From Candidatus Aquidulcis sp. (lineage in GTDB: Bacteria > Chloroflexota > Anaerolineae > UBA4142): a DNA stretch of 64,000 nt. The position numbers and the translations under genes were made by a program. The notes beneath the pieces are model-generated. The model ran no database searches. It worked only from the letters and a program-made list of their open reading frames with translations, and was not told the origin of the DNA. Shown one piece after another: positions 36,850 to 46,352 of the stretch (within the stretch, counting starts at the first letter, position 1; each line of letters opens with the position of its first letter). The stretch lies in assembly GCA_020723345.1 (NCBI GenBank), contig DYJA01000002.1, positions 137,544 through 201,543 on the forward strand, given 5' to 3'.

Positions 36850-37257
36850 ATGTCTGACCAACCCATCACGTACAAAACCGACCGCAAATATCTCGAGTCG
36901 CACGAATGGGCGAAACAGGAAGGCGACTTGATTGTGATCGGCGTGTCCGATTACGCGCAGAACCAACTCGGCGATGTCGTCTTCGTCGAATTGCCAGTGG
37001 TCGGCAAAGAGGCGCAAGCCGGGAAAGCGTTCGGCGTCGTCGAGTCGGTGAAAGCCGCGAGCGATTTGAATTCGCCGGTGAGCGGTAAGATCGTCGCGAT
37101 CAACGAAAATCTTGCCAGCGATCCCGCGCTCGTCAACCAAGACGCGTTCGGCGGCGGCTGGATGATCAAAGTCAAACCGAGCAACTCGGCGGAATTGGGC
37201 AAACTGCTCGACGCCGCGACGTATCAGAAAAAGATCGAATCAGGAGAACTGCACTGA
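36850..37257 (+). CDS. gcvH: Glycine cleavage system protein H
   Basis: HEWAKQEGD, ISDYAQ-like VSDYAQNQLGDVVFVELP, lipoyl site ESVKAASDLNSPVSG. Confidence 0.95.
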   Translation: MSDQPITYKTDRKYLESHEWAKQEGDLIVIGVSDYAQNQLGDVVFVELPVVGKEAQAGKAFGVVESVKAASDLNSPVSGKIVAINENLASDPALVNQDAFGGGWMIKVKPSNSAELGKLLDAATYQKKIESGELH

Positions 37258-37261
37258 GTAT

Positions 37262-37328
37262 GGGCGAAGCATTTTTCGCGCGGTGAGCGGATCGAAGCGA
37301 AATCGAACCGCGAAAAATGCTTCGCCCC
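37262..37328. repeat. GGGCGAAGCATT...AATGCTTCGCCC inverted-repeat element
   Basis: gggcgaagcatttttcgcg ... cgcgaaaaatgcttcgccc. Same terminus family as 48945 and 53978. Confidence 0.8.
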
Positions 37329-37390
37329 TAGGAACCAAGAGGTGTTGACAACGGCGTCCACTTCTATCGATCACATAGGGAGAAAGAAAA

Positions 37391-38662
37391 GTGTACGCCA
37401 CGTCTCAAGAATTAGAACTATCGGCGATCTACGCGAGCGATCCGGAAATCGCGGCGGTGATCGAGCGCGAACGCACGCGACAAAAAGAAGGATTGGAACT
37501 GATCGCTTCCGAAAACTACGCGAGCCGCGCGGTGTTGGAAGCAGTCGGTTCGGTGCTGACGAACAAGTACGCCGAAGGTTATCCGGCGAAACGCTATTAC
37601 AACGGCTGCGGCTTCGTTGATCAAGCCGAAACGCTCGCGATTGAACGCGCCAAGCAACTGTTCGGCGCGCCGCACGCGAACGTACAGCCGCATTCCGGAT
37701 CGCAAGCGAATATGGGCGCGTACTTTGCGCTGATTCAGCCCGGCGACACCGTGCTCGCGATGAGTCTCGCGCAGGGCGGACATCTCACGCACGGCGCGCC
37801 GGTGAACTTGTCGGGACAACTTTACAACTTTGTCGGCTACGGTGTGAACAGGGAAACCGAGATGCTCGACTATGCCGAGATCGCGCGGCTCGCCGAACAA
37901 CATCGTCCGAAACTGATCGTCGCGGGCGCGACCGCGTATCCGCGCGTAATTGATTTTGCAAAACTGCGCGAGATTGCAAATCACGTCGGCGCGAAATTGA
38001 TGGCGGACATCGCGCACATCGCTGGACTGGTTGCCGCCGGAGTTCATTCCAGCCCGGTGCCGGTCGCCGATGTTGTGACAACGACCACGCACAAAACGTT
38101 GCGCGGTCCGCGCGGCGGCATGATTCTCTGCACTGTGGAATACGCCAAGGCAATCGACAAAGCAATCTTCCCAGGAATGCAAGGCGGTCCGCTCGAACAT
38201 GTGATCGCCGGGAAAGCGGTCGCGTTACGAGAAGCGCAGCAACCGTCGTTCGTCGCGTATCAAAAGCAAGTACGCGCGAACGCGCGCGCGTTGGGCGCGC
38301 AACTGCAAGCGCGCGGCTTGCGGATCGTCTCCGGCGGGACGGACAACCATTTGATCCTGGTAGACTTGACATCCAAGGGCGTGACTGGCAAAGACGCGGC
38401 GAACGCGCTGGAGAGCGTCGGGATCACGTGCAACAAGAATCTGGTGCCGTTCGATCCACTTCCGCCGAAAGTGACGAGCGGCATTCGACTGGGCACGCCG
38501 GCGTTAACGACGCGCGGCATGAACGAAAACGATTTGTGCCAGGTCGCCGATTGGATCGCCGATGTGGTTTCCGATTTGAGTGACACGGCGCGGCACGAAC
38601 GCGTGCGAAAAGCAGTTGTTCAATTCGCCACGCGCTTTCCGATGCCGGGAGTAGATTCATAG
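37391..38662 (+). CDS. glyA: Serine hydroxymethyltransferase (canonical)
   Basis: [44 protein letters not shown] start. Confidence 0.95.
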   Translation: MYATSQELELSAIYASDPEIAAVIERERTRQKEGLELIASENYASRAVLEAVGSVLTNKYAEGYPAKRYYNGCGFVDQAETLAIERAKQLFGAPHANVQPHSGSQANMGAYFALIQPGDTVLAMSLAQGGHLTHGAPVNLSGQLYNFVGYGVNRETEMLDYAEIARLAEQHRPKLIVAGATAYPRVIDFAKLREIANHVGAKLMADIAHIAGLVAAGVHSSPVPVADVVTTTTHKTLRGPRGGMILCTVEYAKAIDKAIFPGMQGGPLEHVIAGKAVALREAQQPSFVAYQKQVRANARALGAQLQARGLRIVSGGTDNHLILVDLTSKGVTGKDAANALESVGITCNKNLVPFDPLPPKVTSGIRLGTPALTTRGMNENDLCQVADWIADVVSDLSDTARHERVRKAVVQFATRFPMPGVDS

Positions 38663-38668
38663 AATTCG

Positions 38669-38706
38669 GTATCCAGTGTTCAGTATTCAGTCTGAACACT
38701 GGATAC
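38669..38706. repeat. Hairpin gtatccagtgttcag-tattcagt-ctgaacactggatac
   Basis: Perfect 15-bp stem directly after glyA. Probably also acts as a terminator or attenuator. Confidence 0.7.
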
Positions 38707-38743
38707 TGAATATTGAAAACTGTTTTCCGAACACGAGGATTTT

Positions 38744-40105
38744 ATGACCCATCGTTTCATTCCCAACACCGATGCCGATCGCGCTGCAATGCTACAGACG
38801 ATCGGCGTTGCGTCGGCGAAAGACTTGTTCGCGGACGTGCCGCAGGACGCGCTCTATCCAAAAATCAAACTGCCGAGCGCGTTATCCGAACTTGACTTGA
38901 TGCGCGAACTGCAAACGATGTCGGCGCGCAACGCGAACGTCAACGAACGCGCGTGTTTTCTCGGCGCGGGCGCGTACAACCATTTCATTCCCGCGACGAT
39001 TCCGCATCTCGTTTTCCGCAGCGAGTTTTACACCGCGTACACGCCGTACCAAGCCGAAATCAGCCAGGGCACGCTGCAAACGATTTTCGAGTACCAGTCG
39101 ATGATCTGCGCGCTGACCGGCATGGACGCGGCGAATGCGTCGCACTATGATGGCGCGACGGCGGCGGCGGAAGCCGCGATCCTCGCGATCAATCAATTGC
39201 CCGGACGAAACAAGATTCTCGTGTGTCCGACTTTGCACCCGGAATATCGCGCGACGATTCGCACGTACCTCGCCGGGCACGATATTGAAATTGTCGGCGA
39301 CGAAGACACAAGCGCGACGTTCGAGCAAATGGTGGACAAACATCTCGACGATCGGACCGCGTGCGTGATCGTCGCAAATCCCGACTTTTTGGGACGCGTG
39401 CGCGACTTGAAGCCGTACGCGGATCGCGTGCACGCGGCAGGCGCGCTTTTCGTCGTCAGCGCGTACCCGATTTCGCTTGGCTTGTACCAAGCGCCGGGAA
39501 ATTATGGCGCGGATGTCGTCGTCGGCGAAGGACAATCGCTTGGCAATCCAATCGCGTTCGGTGGACCGTACCTGGGAATTTTCGCGACGAAAGAAAAATT
39601 CTTGCGGCGCATGGCGGGACGCTTGGTCGGACAAGCGACGGACACGAAGGGGCGGCGCGGTTTCACGCTGACGTTGCAGGCGCGCGAGCAGCACATCCGC
39701 CGCGAAAAAGCGACGTCGAATATTTGCACGAATCAGGCGCTATGCGCGCTCGCTGCGTGCGTGTATCTTTCGACGCTCGGCAAGTCGGGCTTGCGCCAAG
39801 TCGCCGAGTTGTGCTATCACAAAGCGCACTACGCCGCGAACAAGATCAATCGGCTCGTTGGCTATCGCGTGAATATGAAGCAAGAATTCTTCAACGAGTT
39901 TGTCGTCGAGTGCCCGCGCCCGGTCGCGGAGATCAACGCGGCGTTGCGCGAGCGAGGAATTATTGGCGGATACGATCTATCGAAAGATTATCCGCATCTT
40001 GGGAATGCGATGTTGGTTGCGGTAACAGAGATGAACACGCGAGAACAAATTGACGCGTTTGCAAAAGCGTTGGGAGAAGAGATAAGAAGGCGGAAGAAGG
40101 GATAA
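38744..40105 (+). CDS. gcvPA: Glycine dehydrogenase (decarboxylating) subunit 1
   Basis: 453 aa. FLGAGAYNH, YTPYQAEISQGTLQ, SHYDGATA. The final codons RRRKKG-stop lie inside the following repeat. Confidence 0.95.
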   Translation: MTHRFIPNTDADRAAMLQTIGVASAKDLFADVPQDALYPKIKLPSALSELDLMRELQTMSARNANVNERACFLGAGAYNHFIPATIPHLVFRSEFYTAYTPYQAEISQGTLQTIFEYQSMICALTGMDAANASHYDGATAAAEAAILAINQLPGRNKILVCPTLHPEYRATIRTYLAGHDIEIVGDEDTSATFEQMVDKHLDDRTACVIVANPDFLGRVRDLKPYADRVHAAGALFVVSAYPISLGLYQAPGNYGADVVVGEGQSLGNPIAFGGPYLGIFATKEKFLRRMAGRLVGQATDTKGRRGFTLTLQAREQHIRREKATSNICTNQALCALAACVYLSTLGKSGLRQVAELCYHKAHYAANKINRLVGYRVNMKQEFFNEFVVECPRPVAEINAALRERGIIGGYDLSKDYPHLGNAMLVAVTEMNTREQIDAFAKALGEEIRRRKKG

Positions 40106-40200
40106 GAAGACATAGAAGGGATAGAAGGCAGAAGAAGGCGTAGAAGGCGAAAGAAGGCGCGCTGACCTCTTGCCCTCTTCGCCCTCTTAGCCCTTCTGAG
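40081..40200. repeat. Long imperfect palindrome of gataagaagg/gcagaaggc units
   Basis: gataagaaggcggaagaagggataagaagacatagaagggatagaaggcagaagaaggcgtagaaggcgaaagaaggcg ... cctcttgccctcttcgccctcttagcccttctg. Same family as 14884 and 58596. Confidence 0.8.
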
Positions 40201-40209
40201 GAGCAGGCC

Positions 40210-41664
40210 ATGACAATCGTTGCAAATAAACCAGAACCGATCATTTACGAATTAAGTTCGCCGGGACGACAAGGCGCGGCGTTGCCGAGTTGCGACGTCC
40301 CGATTGCCCGATTGCCCGATCACCTGATGCGCGACGAACTCAAACTGCCCGAAGTTTCCGAAGTGGATGTTGTGCGACACTTCACGCGTCTCTCGCAGAA
40401 AAATTATTGCGTCGATCTCGGCATCTATCCGCTTGGTTCGTGTACGATGAAGTACAATCCCAAGATCAATGAAGAAGCGGTGAAACTGTCGGGCTTTACT
40501 GCTGTGCATCCGTACCAAAGCGCGGACGAAATTCAAGGCGCGCTGCAACTGATGTACGAGTTGCAGGAAATGCTCGGTGAGATCTGCGGCTTGCCCGGCG
40601 TCACGCTGCAACCGGCGGCGGGCGCGCAAGGCGAACTTGCGGGTATCCTCATTATTCACGCGTACCACAAAGCGCGCAAAGACACGAAACGCAAAAAAGT
40701 GATCGTGCCCGATTCCGCGCACGGCACCAATCCGGCGACTTCTTCGATGAGCGGCTACCAAGTTGTGCAGGTCAAGTCCGACGCGCGCGGCAATGTCGAT
40801 CTGGATGAGCTGCGTAAACTCGCGGACGACGAAACGGTCGGTTTGATGCTGACAAATCCGAACACGCTCGGCTTGTTCGAGGAGAATATTCGCGCGGTGT
40901 GCCAGATCATCCACGACGCGGGCGGCTTGGTGTACGGCGACGGCGCGAACTTGAACGCGATTGTCGGCGTCGCGCGACCGGGTGATTTGGGGATCGATAT
41001 TTTGCACAGCAACTTGCACAAGACGTTCAGCGTGCCACACGGTGGCGGCGGTCCCGGCGCGGGCGCGGTGATGGTACGCCAAGACCTCGCGCGATTCTTG
41101 CCGGGTCCAATTGTCGCGAAACGCGGGAAACGGTACGAATTCGCGATGCCGCGCAAATCAATCGGGCGCGTGAAATCGTTCTACGGCAATTTCCTCGCGC
41201 TCGTGCGCGCGTACGTCTACATTCGCTCGTTCGGCAAAGAGCATCTGCACGAAATCGCCGAGGACGCGGTGATCAACGCGAATTACTTGCTCGCGCGTTT
41301 GAAGGGCGTGTACGCCGCGCCGTTTGGCAACCGCGTTTGCAAGCACGAGTTCGTGTTGACCGGGACGCCGTTCGCGGAAAAGTACGGCGTGCACACGCTC
41401 GACATCGCGAAACGGATTCAGGATTACGGTTTCTATCCGCCGACGATTTACTTTCCGCTCACCGTGCCCGAGTGCATTATGATCGAGCCGACGGAAACGG
41501 AATCAAAGAAAAGTCTTGATGAATTTGCAGACGCGCTTCTAAAAATCGCAGAGGAAGCGCGCACGAATCCGCAATTGCTGCACGACGCGCCGACGACTGC
41601 GCCCGTGACGCGGCTGGACGACGTGAAAGCTGCGCGCGCGCCGGTGTTGTGTTATAAGGGCTAG
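40210..41664 (+). CDS. gcvPB: Glycine dehydrogenase (decarboxylating) subunit 2
   Basis: 484 aa. LGSCTMKYNP, PDSAHGTNPA, HSNLHKTFSVPHGGGGPG (PLP Lys). Confidence 0.95.
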   Translation: MTIVANKPEPIIYELSSPGRQGAALPSCDVPIARLPDHLMRDELKLPEVSEVDVVRHFTRLSQKNYCVDLGIYPLGSCTMKYNPKINEEAVKLSGFTAVHPYQSADEIQGALQLMYELQEMLGEICGLPGVTLQPAAGAQGELAGILIIHAYHKARKDTKRKKVIVPDSAHGTNPATSSMSGYQVVQVKSDARGNVDLDELRKLADDETVGLMLTNPNTLGLFEENIRAVCQIIHDAGGLVYGDGANLNAIVGVARPGDLGIDILHSNLHKTFSVPHGGGGPGAGAVMVRQDLARFLPGPIVAKRGKRYEFAMPRKSIGRVKSFYGNFLALVRAYVYIRSFGKEHLHEIAEDAVINANYLLARLKGVYAAPFGNRVCKHEFVLTGTPFAEKYGVHTLDIAKRIQDYGFYPPTIYFPLTVPECIMIEPTETESKKSLDEFADALLKIAEEARTNPQLLHDAPTTAPVTRLDDVKAARAPVLCYKG

Positions 41665-41685
41665 AAGTTGGAAGTTTGAAATTGG

Positions 41686-41722
41686 AGCGCCGCGATGATT
41701 TCTCATCGCGGCGCTGGTTTTC
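41686..41722. terminator. Rho-independent terminator between convergent genes
   Basis: agcgccgcgatga-tttc-tcatcgcggcgct followed by ggttttc. Confidence 0.7.
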
Positions 41723-41786
41723 TCTTCATCCAAAATCGCGAGTCTGAAAGGCAGTAGATACTCTCTGGGAGAAAGAGCTATGGGAA

Positions 41787-44000
41787 CTATCTCGTGGCGC
41801 AACGGAATCCCACGGTGGAGAGCTTGAGTTCTGGTGTACCCCAAGCGCGGTATGCACTGCGCGTGAGCAGCTTGCTAGCCTGCCACGATCCACCACGTAG
41901 AACACGACTGTCACCCGACGAAGGCCCTGTTGGGTTACTCTTTGGAGAAACAGGATAATAGTCGATGCTATACCTATCTGCGACCCATTCAAACACATTC
42001 CCAGCCATATCCATTACGCCATACGGGCTTACTCCGGTTGAGAAACTTCCCACAGCCGTAGTGTCTCCTGGTCCATTTTCGATAAAGTTCAGTTTGCTTG
42101 GATCAAAAGCATCCCCCCATGGATAGATTCTGCCATCAGATCCACGAGCAGCCTTCTCCCACTCAGCTTCGGTCGGCAAGCGTTTACCGGCCCACTCGCA
42201 AAATGACCTCGCATCGTTCCACGATACCCAGATTACCGGATAATCATCAAACTGAGTATTCCCATAATAAGAATTCCGTGTGTTCGATCTACTTAGCCAA
42301 GGGATGGAACACTTGCCACTGTCCACGCATTTCCTGTACTGCACATTTGTCACCAAGAACTTTTCTATCCAATATGCGTCTAGGTACGGTGTGTGTGGAG
42401 GCTTCTCGTTATCCCAACCGTCATTGCTTCCCATCGTAAATTCTCCGGCAGGGACGAACATCATTGGCGCATTGCCAATCACACGCTCTTCGCCAGATCT
42501 TGGCGTAGGTGGAGGCAATTCTCGAGCTGCTATAGTTCCAATTGCTTGAGCCGTTGCAAGCAAATTCAGCGTAGGAGTACCGGGTAATGGTGGACTAAAT
42601 GTTAGTCGATTTTCGGGAGAGGGCTGTGGTTTGGGAGTCGGATTTTGAGCCACCGATGTCTGATAGGCAGCACTCCATTCCACGGCATCCTGTGCCAGTC
42701 TCGTTGATTTTGCACTCACATCAAGTGCATAAATCACAAGCGCCATCACGATGAAAAAAAGTACCAAACCAGCGACAAGCCCAATTCTGGCTAACCTTCT
42801 CGAACGTGCAAAGCGCCATTCCTCATTGGATATCTGAATTGAATGGATAAATCGATCGTGTGTAAGCTCATACCAACGCGCACCCGCGCGCAATTCCGCT
42901 CGGATGAGGTGTTGGTTTTCCAATACATCCACGGCAGCATTGGGAATTCCTTCGGTTCGTTCTTTGCCACGGAACACTGTTCCACGGGTATCCGCCGGTG
43001 TAACAAGATGCCGTTCGAACCAATTGCGCAAGTCTCTCTCACCAACTCGCGTTTCTTTTGCCGTCGTTTTAACTGCACGTTCGTAAAAACCCTTCAGTGC
43101 TTCACCTACATTGCCGAAAGCTTTGAGGTGATCAATTGTAATAATCTTTGTATCCGGCGGCAGATCAATCCAGAGGTTCTGACAGATGACTTGCAATTGT
43201 ACTGGTTCGACAAACTCACCCGTCGCTTCTATTATCTCACCCCGCGCACTCTCTACTTTGATCTTTAGCAATTCCTGTACCAATTCATGGGCAACCCCTG
43301 ATGCAAACGAGCGTCCTACGCTTATTACTGGCCGTTCGACAGCTAACGTTGCTGGCTCGGCACGCAACAACTCTAGACGAAAACGGTTACGCAATTGGTC
43401 AGGCATAGCGCGGGCATATGGATCCAAGCTAGCCAGACAATCCTCACGCATTACGAACAGTACGCGCAACAATGGATCCGCCTCGAGTGCCCCAGCTACC
43501 TGATGAAAGAACCCTTCTCTTTCCCTCCAGCGCTCTGGATAGAAAGCAAATAGTTCCTCAAACTGATCAAAGATGATGACGCGCGGCAAAGGTAGCCCTT
43601 GCCGATCCGTTGGATGAGCGCGCTCTCTTAGAAAAGCTGAAATGGATAAGGAACCTAGCAAGATTGACTCCGGTCTATCCTCCAGCCAACTCATCAAAGT
43701 ATTGACGACATAGATATTCATTGTCTCGCGGACATCTGATCCTTCGCGAACGAGTCCGCGCATACGCGCCACTGGCAAGACCTCGAACCCTTCAGCTCGG
43801 AGTGCAGGAATAAGGCCGGCATTCAACAACGACGTTTTACCTGCGCCTGATTGAGCGTAGATAAGCACAACCCGATGGGCCGTGACGAGAGAGGCCAGCT
43901 CTAATATCTCGCGATCACGCCCGAAGAACAAATTCTGCTCGTTTGATTCGAATGGACGCGGACCAGGGTAGGGGATGCGGAAATTGGGTTCAGCGCTCAT
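41787..44000 (-). CDS. STAND-like P-loop NTPase, single TM helix, Pro-rich linker and FGE-sulfatase (SUMF1-fold) domain lacking the catalytic cysteines
   Basis: YPGPRPFESNEQNLFFGRDRE, Walker A YAQSGAGKTSLLNAGLIPAL, Walker B RVIIFDQFEELF, FVMREDCLASLD. TM IGLVAGLVLFFIVMALVIYAL preceded by RFARSRRLAR. C-terminal WVSWNDARSFCEWAGKRLPTEAEWEKAARG, GNVFEWVADRY, RVLRGGSWQASKLLTRSAYRAW, GFRCA. Confidence 0.85.
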   Translation of the reverse strand: MSAEPNFRIPYPGPRPFESNEQNLFFGRDREILELASLVTAHRVVLIYAQSGAGKTSLLNAGLIPALRAEGFEVLPVARMRGLVREGSDVRETMNIYVVNTLMSWLEDRPESILLGSLSISAFLRERAHPTDRQGLPLPRVIIFDQFEELFAFYPERWREREGFFHQVAGALEADPLLRVLFVMREDCLASLDPYARAMPDQLRNRFRLELLRAEPATLAVERPVISVGRSFASGVAHELVQELLKIKVESARGEIIEATGEFVEPVQLQVICQNLWIDLPPDTKIITIDHLKAFGNVGEALKGFYERAVKTTAKETRVGERDLRNWFERHLVTPADTRGTVFRGKERTEGIPNAAVDVLENQHLIRAELRAGARWYELTHDRFIHSIQISNEEWRFARSRRLARIGLVAGLVLFFIVMALVIYALDVSAKSTRLAQDAVEWSAAYQTSVAQNPTPKPQPSPENRLTFSPPLPGTPTLNLLATAQAIGTIAARELPPPTPRSGEERVIGNAPMMFVPAGEFTMGSNDGWDNEKPPHTPYLDAYWIEKFLVTNVQYRKCVDSGKCSIPWLSRSNTRNSYYGNTQFDDYPVIWVSWNDARSFCEWAGKRLPTEAEWEKAARGSDGRIYPWGDAFDPSKLNFIENGPGDTTAVGSFSTGVSPYGVMDMAGNVFEWVADRYSIDYYPVSPKSNPTGPSSGDSRVLRGGSWQASKLLTRSAYRAWGTPELKLSTVGFRCATR

Positions 44001-44878
44001 TTCCCAAGCCCTTCCCAGCGGTCAAACAACTCGGCGGTGAATTCCTTCGCAGTACCCCAATACACGCGGACATTAATCCCCCCAAAGTAATCCGTCAAGT
44101 ATTTCTGTGCGCTTTTCCCTTCTGCCACACTACTGGGCGGTAACTGAACGGCAACACTGATTCGGCGCAAGCTCGATTCCATTGATGTAACCAGACCACG
44201 GAACAGGACTCGAAAATCCCAATCAGCCAAACGATATCCGATGAAAAGCAATGAAGCTCCAGTAAGTGCCTCCTGGATGCGTGGGGGAAGTAAGTTGTGA
44301 TCCTTGGAAATACTTACTAGAAAATCGAGATAGTCATCCTCGGTGAGAACGAGAGATTCAGGAACCTCGTTGTGTCCATGCAGGTGGTAGACAACAGGAT
44401 TGGCGGGAGTAGGACGAAAACCAACGACGGAGTCGAAAACAGATGGACGACCTCTAAGGAAACTATTCCAACAACATAGCTCACGGCGAGGGTCTCTGTG
44501 CTGACTAACAAGTGCCCGAACCATAAAGTCATCGTAATTGGTTGTCATGTAGATCGGAAGCGGGAGCTTGGCAAGTATTGTATGTGGCTCGTCAGACGCA
44601 GCGAAATCAGGTAACCCGATATTCTTAAATGACCCAAGGAGTTGTTCCTTCGGGAACATTGAATCGTGGGTAGAGACAGCAAGAAACTGAGCGACACGTG
44701 CGAGATCGGAAGAATCTTCAAGGGGGTACTTGTATTGCCTGGCCCATTTTTGAGCAATCTCTGAACCAAGAGGAAGAACACCATAGGCAACACCAGCTCC
44801 CAGGAAGGGAGTGCATTTACCTTGTTGAATTCTTGCCAGCAGAATTTGCCAATCCTGTTCGCTCAAGGTTTCGGCCAT
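43997..44878 (-). CDS. SIR2-like (SIR2_2-type) protein, candidate NAD-consuming effector
   Basis: CTPFLGAGVAYG, IYMTTNYDDFMVRAL, VVYHLHGH, LVLTEDDYLDFL, SLLFIGYRLADWDFRVLFRGL. GGAGG RBS. ATGA overlap with the downstream NTPase gene. Confidence 0.85.
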   Translation of the reverse strand: MAETLSEQDWQILLARIQQGKCTPFLGAGVAYGVLPLGSEIAQKWARQYKYPLEDSSDLARVAQFLAVSTHDSMFPKEQLLGSFKNIGLPDFAASDEPHTILAKLPLPIYMTTNYDDFMVRALVSQHRDPRRELCCWNSFLRGRPSVFDSVVGFRPTPANPVVYHLHGHNEVPESLVLTEDDYLDFLVSISKDHNLLPPRIQEALTGASLLFIGYRLADWDFRVLFRGLVTSMESSLRRISVAVQLPPSSVAEGKSAQKYLTDYFGGINVRVYWGTAKEFTAELFDRWEGLGK

Positions 44879-45130
44879 CCGAATCCTCCCCGGGTTCTAG
44901 CCCTACAGAACGAGCACCTACCGCCAACGCGCGCTAGCGCGTCAAACGACAGGTGCTTTGACCTTCCGTAAAGGACTTTCGGTTTCAGGTAACAACGTCC
45001 CACGAGCAATCATCTCTTCGCCCCTCCTCCAGAGCGAATTGAGATTATTCCAATGCAGGGACAAATACGAAATCTACCGAACCAATTATACCATGAATGT
45101 CAAGAAAAATCGCGCGTTTGATGATTGCGA

Positions 45131-45424
45131 TCAGACGGCAAGCGGGGAAGCCACAATTTCGGGTCGCCACTCGACTTGTTGAATCGTGCGAACGCGTTTT
45201 TGCATTTTGACGTACACCACGGGGCTATCGGCGGGGCGGGGCGCGGCGTTAGCCATTGCGATGTTGGCGCGATTGAATTCAGGGTCGTCAGCATCCAGAA
45301 AAATCAGCATCGCCTTGTCGGGGATATGATCCAGAATCTCTGGCGCGGCGAACACATATTGATTGAATTGTTCGGTTAACTCAAAAGTCTTATCGGCGAT
45401 TTGTTGCGGCGTCAATTTTTCCAT
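45131..45424 (-). CDS. Small conserved hypothetical protein (97 aa; possibly DUF5647-like)
   Basis: MEKLTPQQIADKTFELTEQFNQYVFAAPEILDHIPDKAMLIFLDADDPEFN. Family assignment is from memory only. Confidence 0.55.
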   Translation of the reverse strand: MEKLTPQQIADKTFELTEQFNQYVFAAPEILDHIPDKAMLIFLDADDPEFNRANIAMANAAPRPADSPVVYVKMQKRVRTIQQVEWRPEIVASPLAV

Positions 45425-45481
45425 CGTAAATACCTCTCAATGTACAATTGGTGATTCAGGCGCAAGTAATTGGTGTCAGCC

Positions 45482-46222
45482 CTAATGCTCTTGAGCCCGG
45501 CGTAGATTGCTCTGCGCCGGATCGGAAAAGCGGAGGAACGTTTCAGTCGCATGCCCCAGGTCGGAATAATAGCCGCGATAGGCGGGCGGTAGCAGCGTCG
45601 CCATCTGATACATGATCTCGTCGACGATCTGTCGCCGGACTTGACGCGTCACTGTGGTTCCATTCACATTCAGATTAAACGGATTGCCCACCACGATGTG
45701 AAAATCGGTGCGGCGCAGACGCTTGAAGTTGTGCTTGAAAATTTCATATCCATAGCATGCCATCGGCAGCACCGGCGCGCCGCTGTGGAGCGCGAGCGTC
45801 ACGACGCCGGGATGCGCGCGTTGGAGTTGCCCATTTCCGCTGCGCGTGCCTTCGGGCGCGACCCCCAGGATGCAACCGGCTTGCAGCGCGTCCAAACCTT
45901 TCCGCAATGCCGCGACGTCGGCTTCGCCGCGCCGCAACGGAATCGCGTTGTAGAGCGTGAACAAAGGACCCAGGAACGGATGATCCCAGGTTTCGACTTT
46001 GCTGAACCCGGCAATCGGACGCGGCTGCAAGTGCGTAAAGACCACCGGCACATCGAGAAAGTTGACGTGATTCGCCACCAAGATTAGGGGACCGCGCTCC
46101 GGCACGCGCGCCAATTGCGCCGCGTCGACGCGGCAAAGTACGTGCGTCAGTCCCTTGACGATTTGACTGACGATCCAACCGGTTAAAGTCACGGCGTTCC
46201 CTCTCCCGAAAATGTAGGACAA
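45482..46222 (-). CDS. plsC: 1-acyl-sn-glycerol-3-phosphate acyltransferase
   Basis: LVANHVNFLDVPV (H-x4-D), GVAPEGTRSGNG. The ORF-track TTG start lies inside a REP-like hairpin, so the real start is probably a downstream GTG. Confidence 0.85.
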   Translation of the reverse strand: MSYIFGRGNAVTLTGWIVSQIVKGLTHVLCRVDAAQLARVPERGPLILVANHVNFLDVPVVFTHLQPRPIAGFSKVETWDHPFLGPLFTLYNAIPLRRGEADVAALRKGLDALQAGCILGVAPEGTRSGNGQLQRAHPGVVTLALHSGAPVLPMACYGYEIFKHNFKRLRRTDFHIVVGNPFNLNVNGTTVTRQVRRQIVDEIMYQMATLLPPAYRGYYSDLGHATETFLRFSDPAQSNLRRAQEH

Positions 46223-46241
46223 ATTTGCAAATCTGTCCTAC
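46214..46241. repeat. REP-like hairpin GTAGGACAAATTTGCAAATCTGTCCTAC
   Basis: GTAGGACA/TGTCCTAC stem. Same family as 12358 and 32125. Confidence 0.8.
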
Positions 46242-46263
46242 GTTCGCCCACGGATAAATTTCG

Positions 46264-46326
46264 TCCACGAAGGACACGAAGGGACACGAAGAATTTTTCC
46301 TTCGTGATCTTCGTGCCCTTCGTGGA
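46264..46326. repeat. Hairpin of cacgaagg units
   Basis: tccacgaaggacacgaagggacacgaag-aattttt-ccttcgtgatcttcgtgcccttcgtgga. Same unit family as 49003-49066. Confidence 0.8.
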
Positions 46327-46352
46327 TTATTTTTTGTGGGTTACGGTTCAAG

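Noticed and set aside
41787-42500. Annotating the C-terminal domain of the copy-1 NTPase as an active formylglycine-generating enzyme, or the locus as a sulfatase-maturation operon.
   Set aside because: The two catalytic cysteines expected after the RGGS motif are absent (QASKLLTRSAYRAW). No sulfatase gene is nearby, and the domain is fused to an NTPase and a TM anchor.
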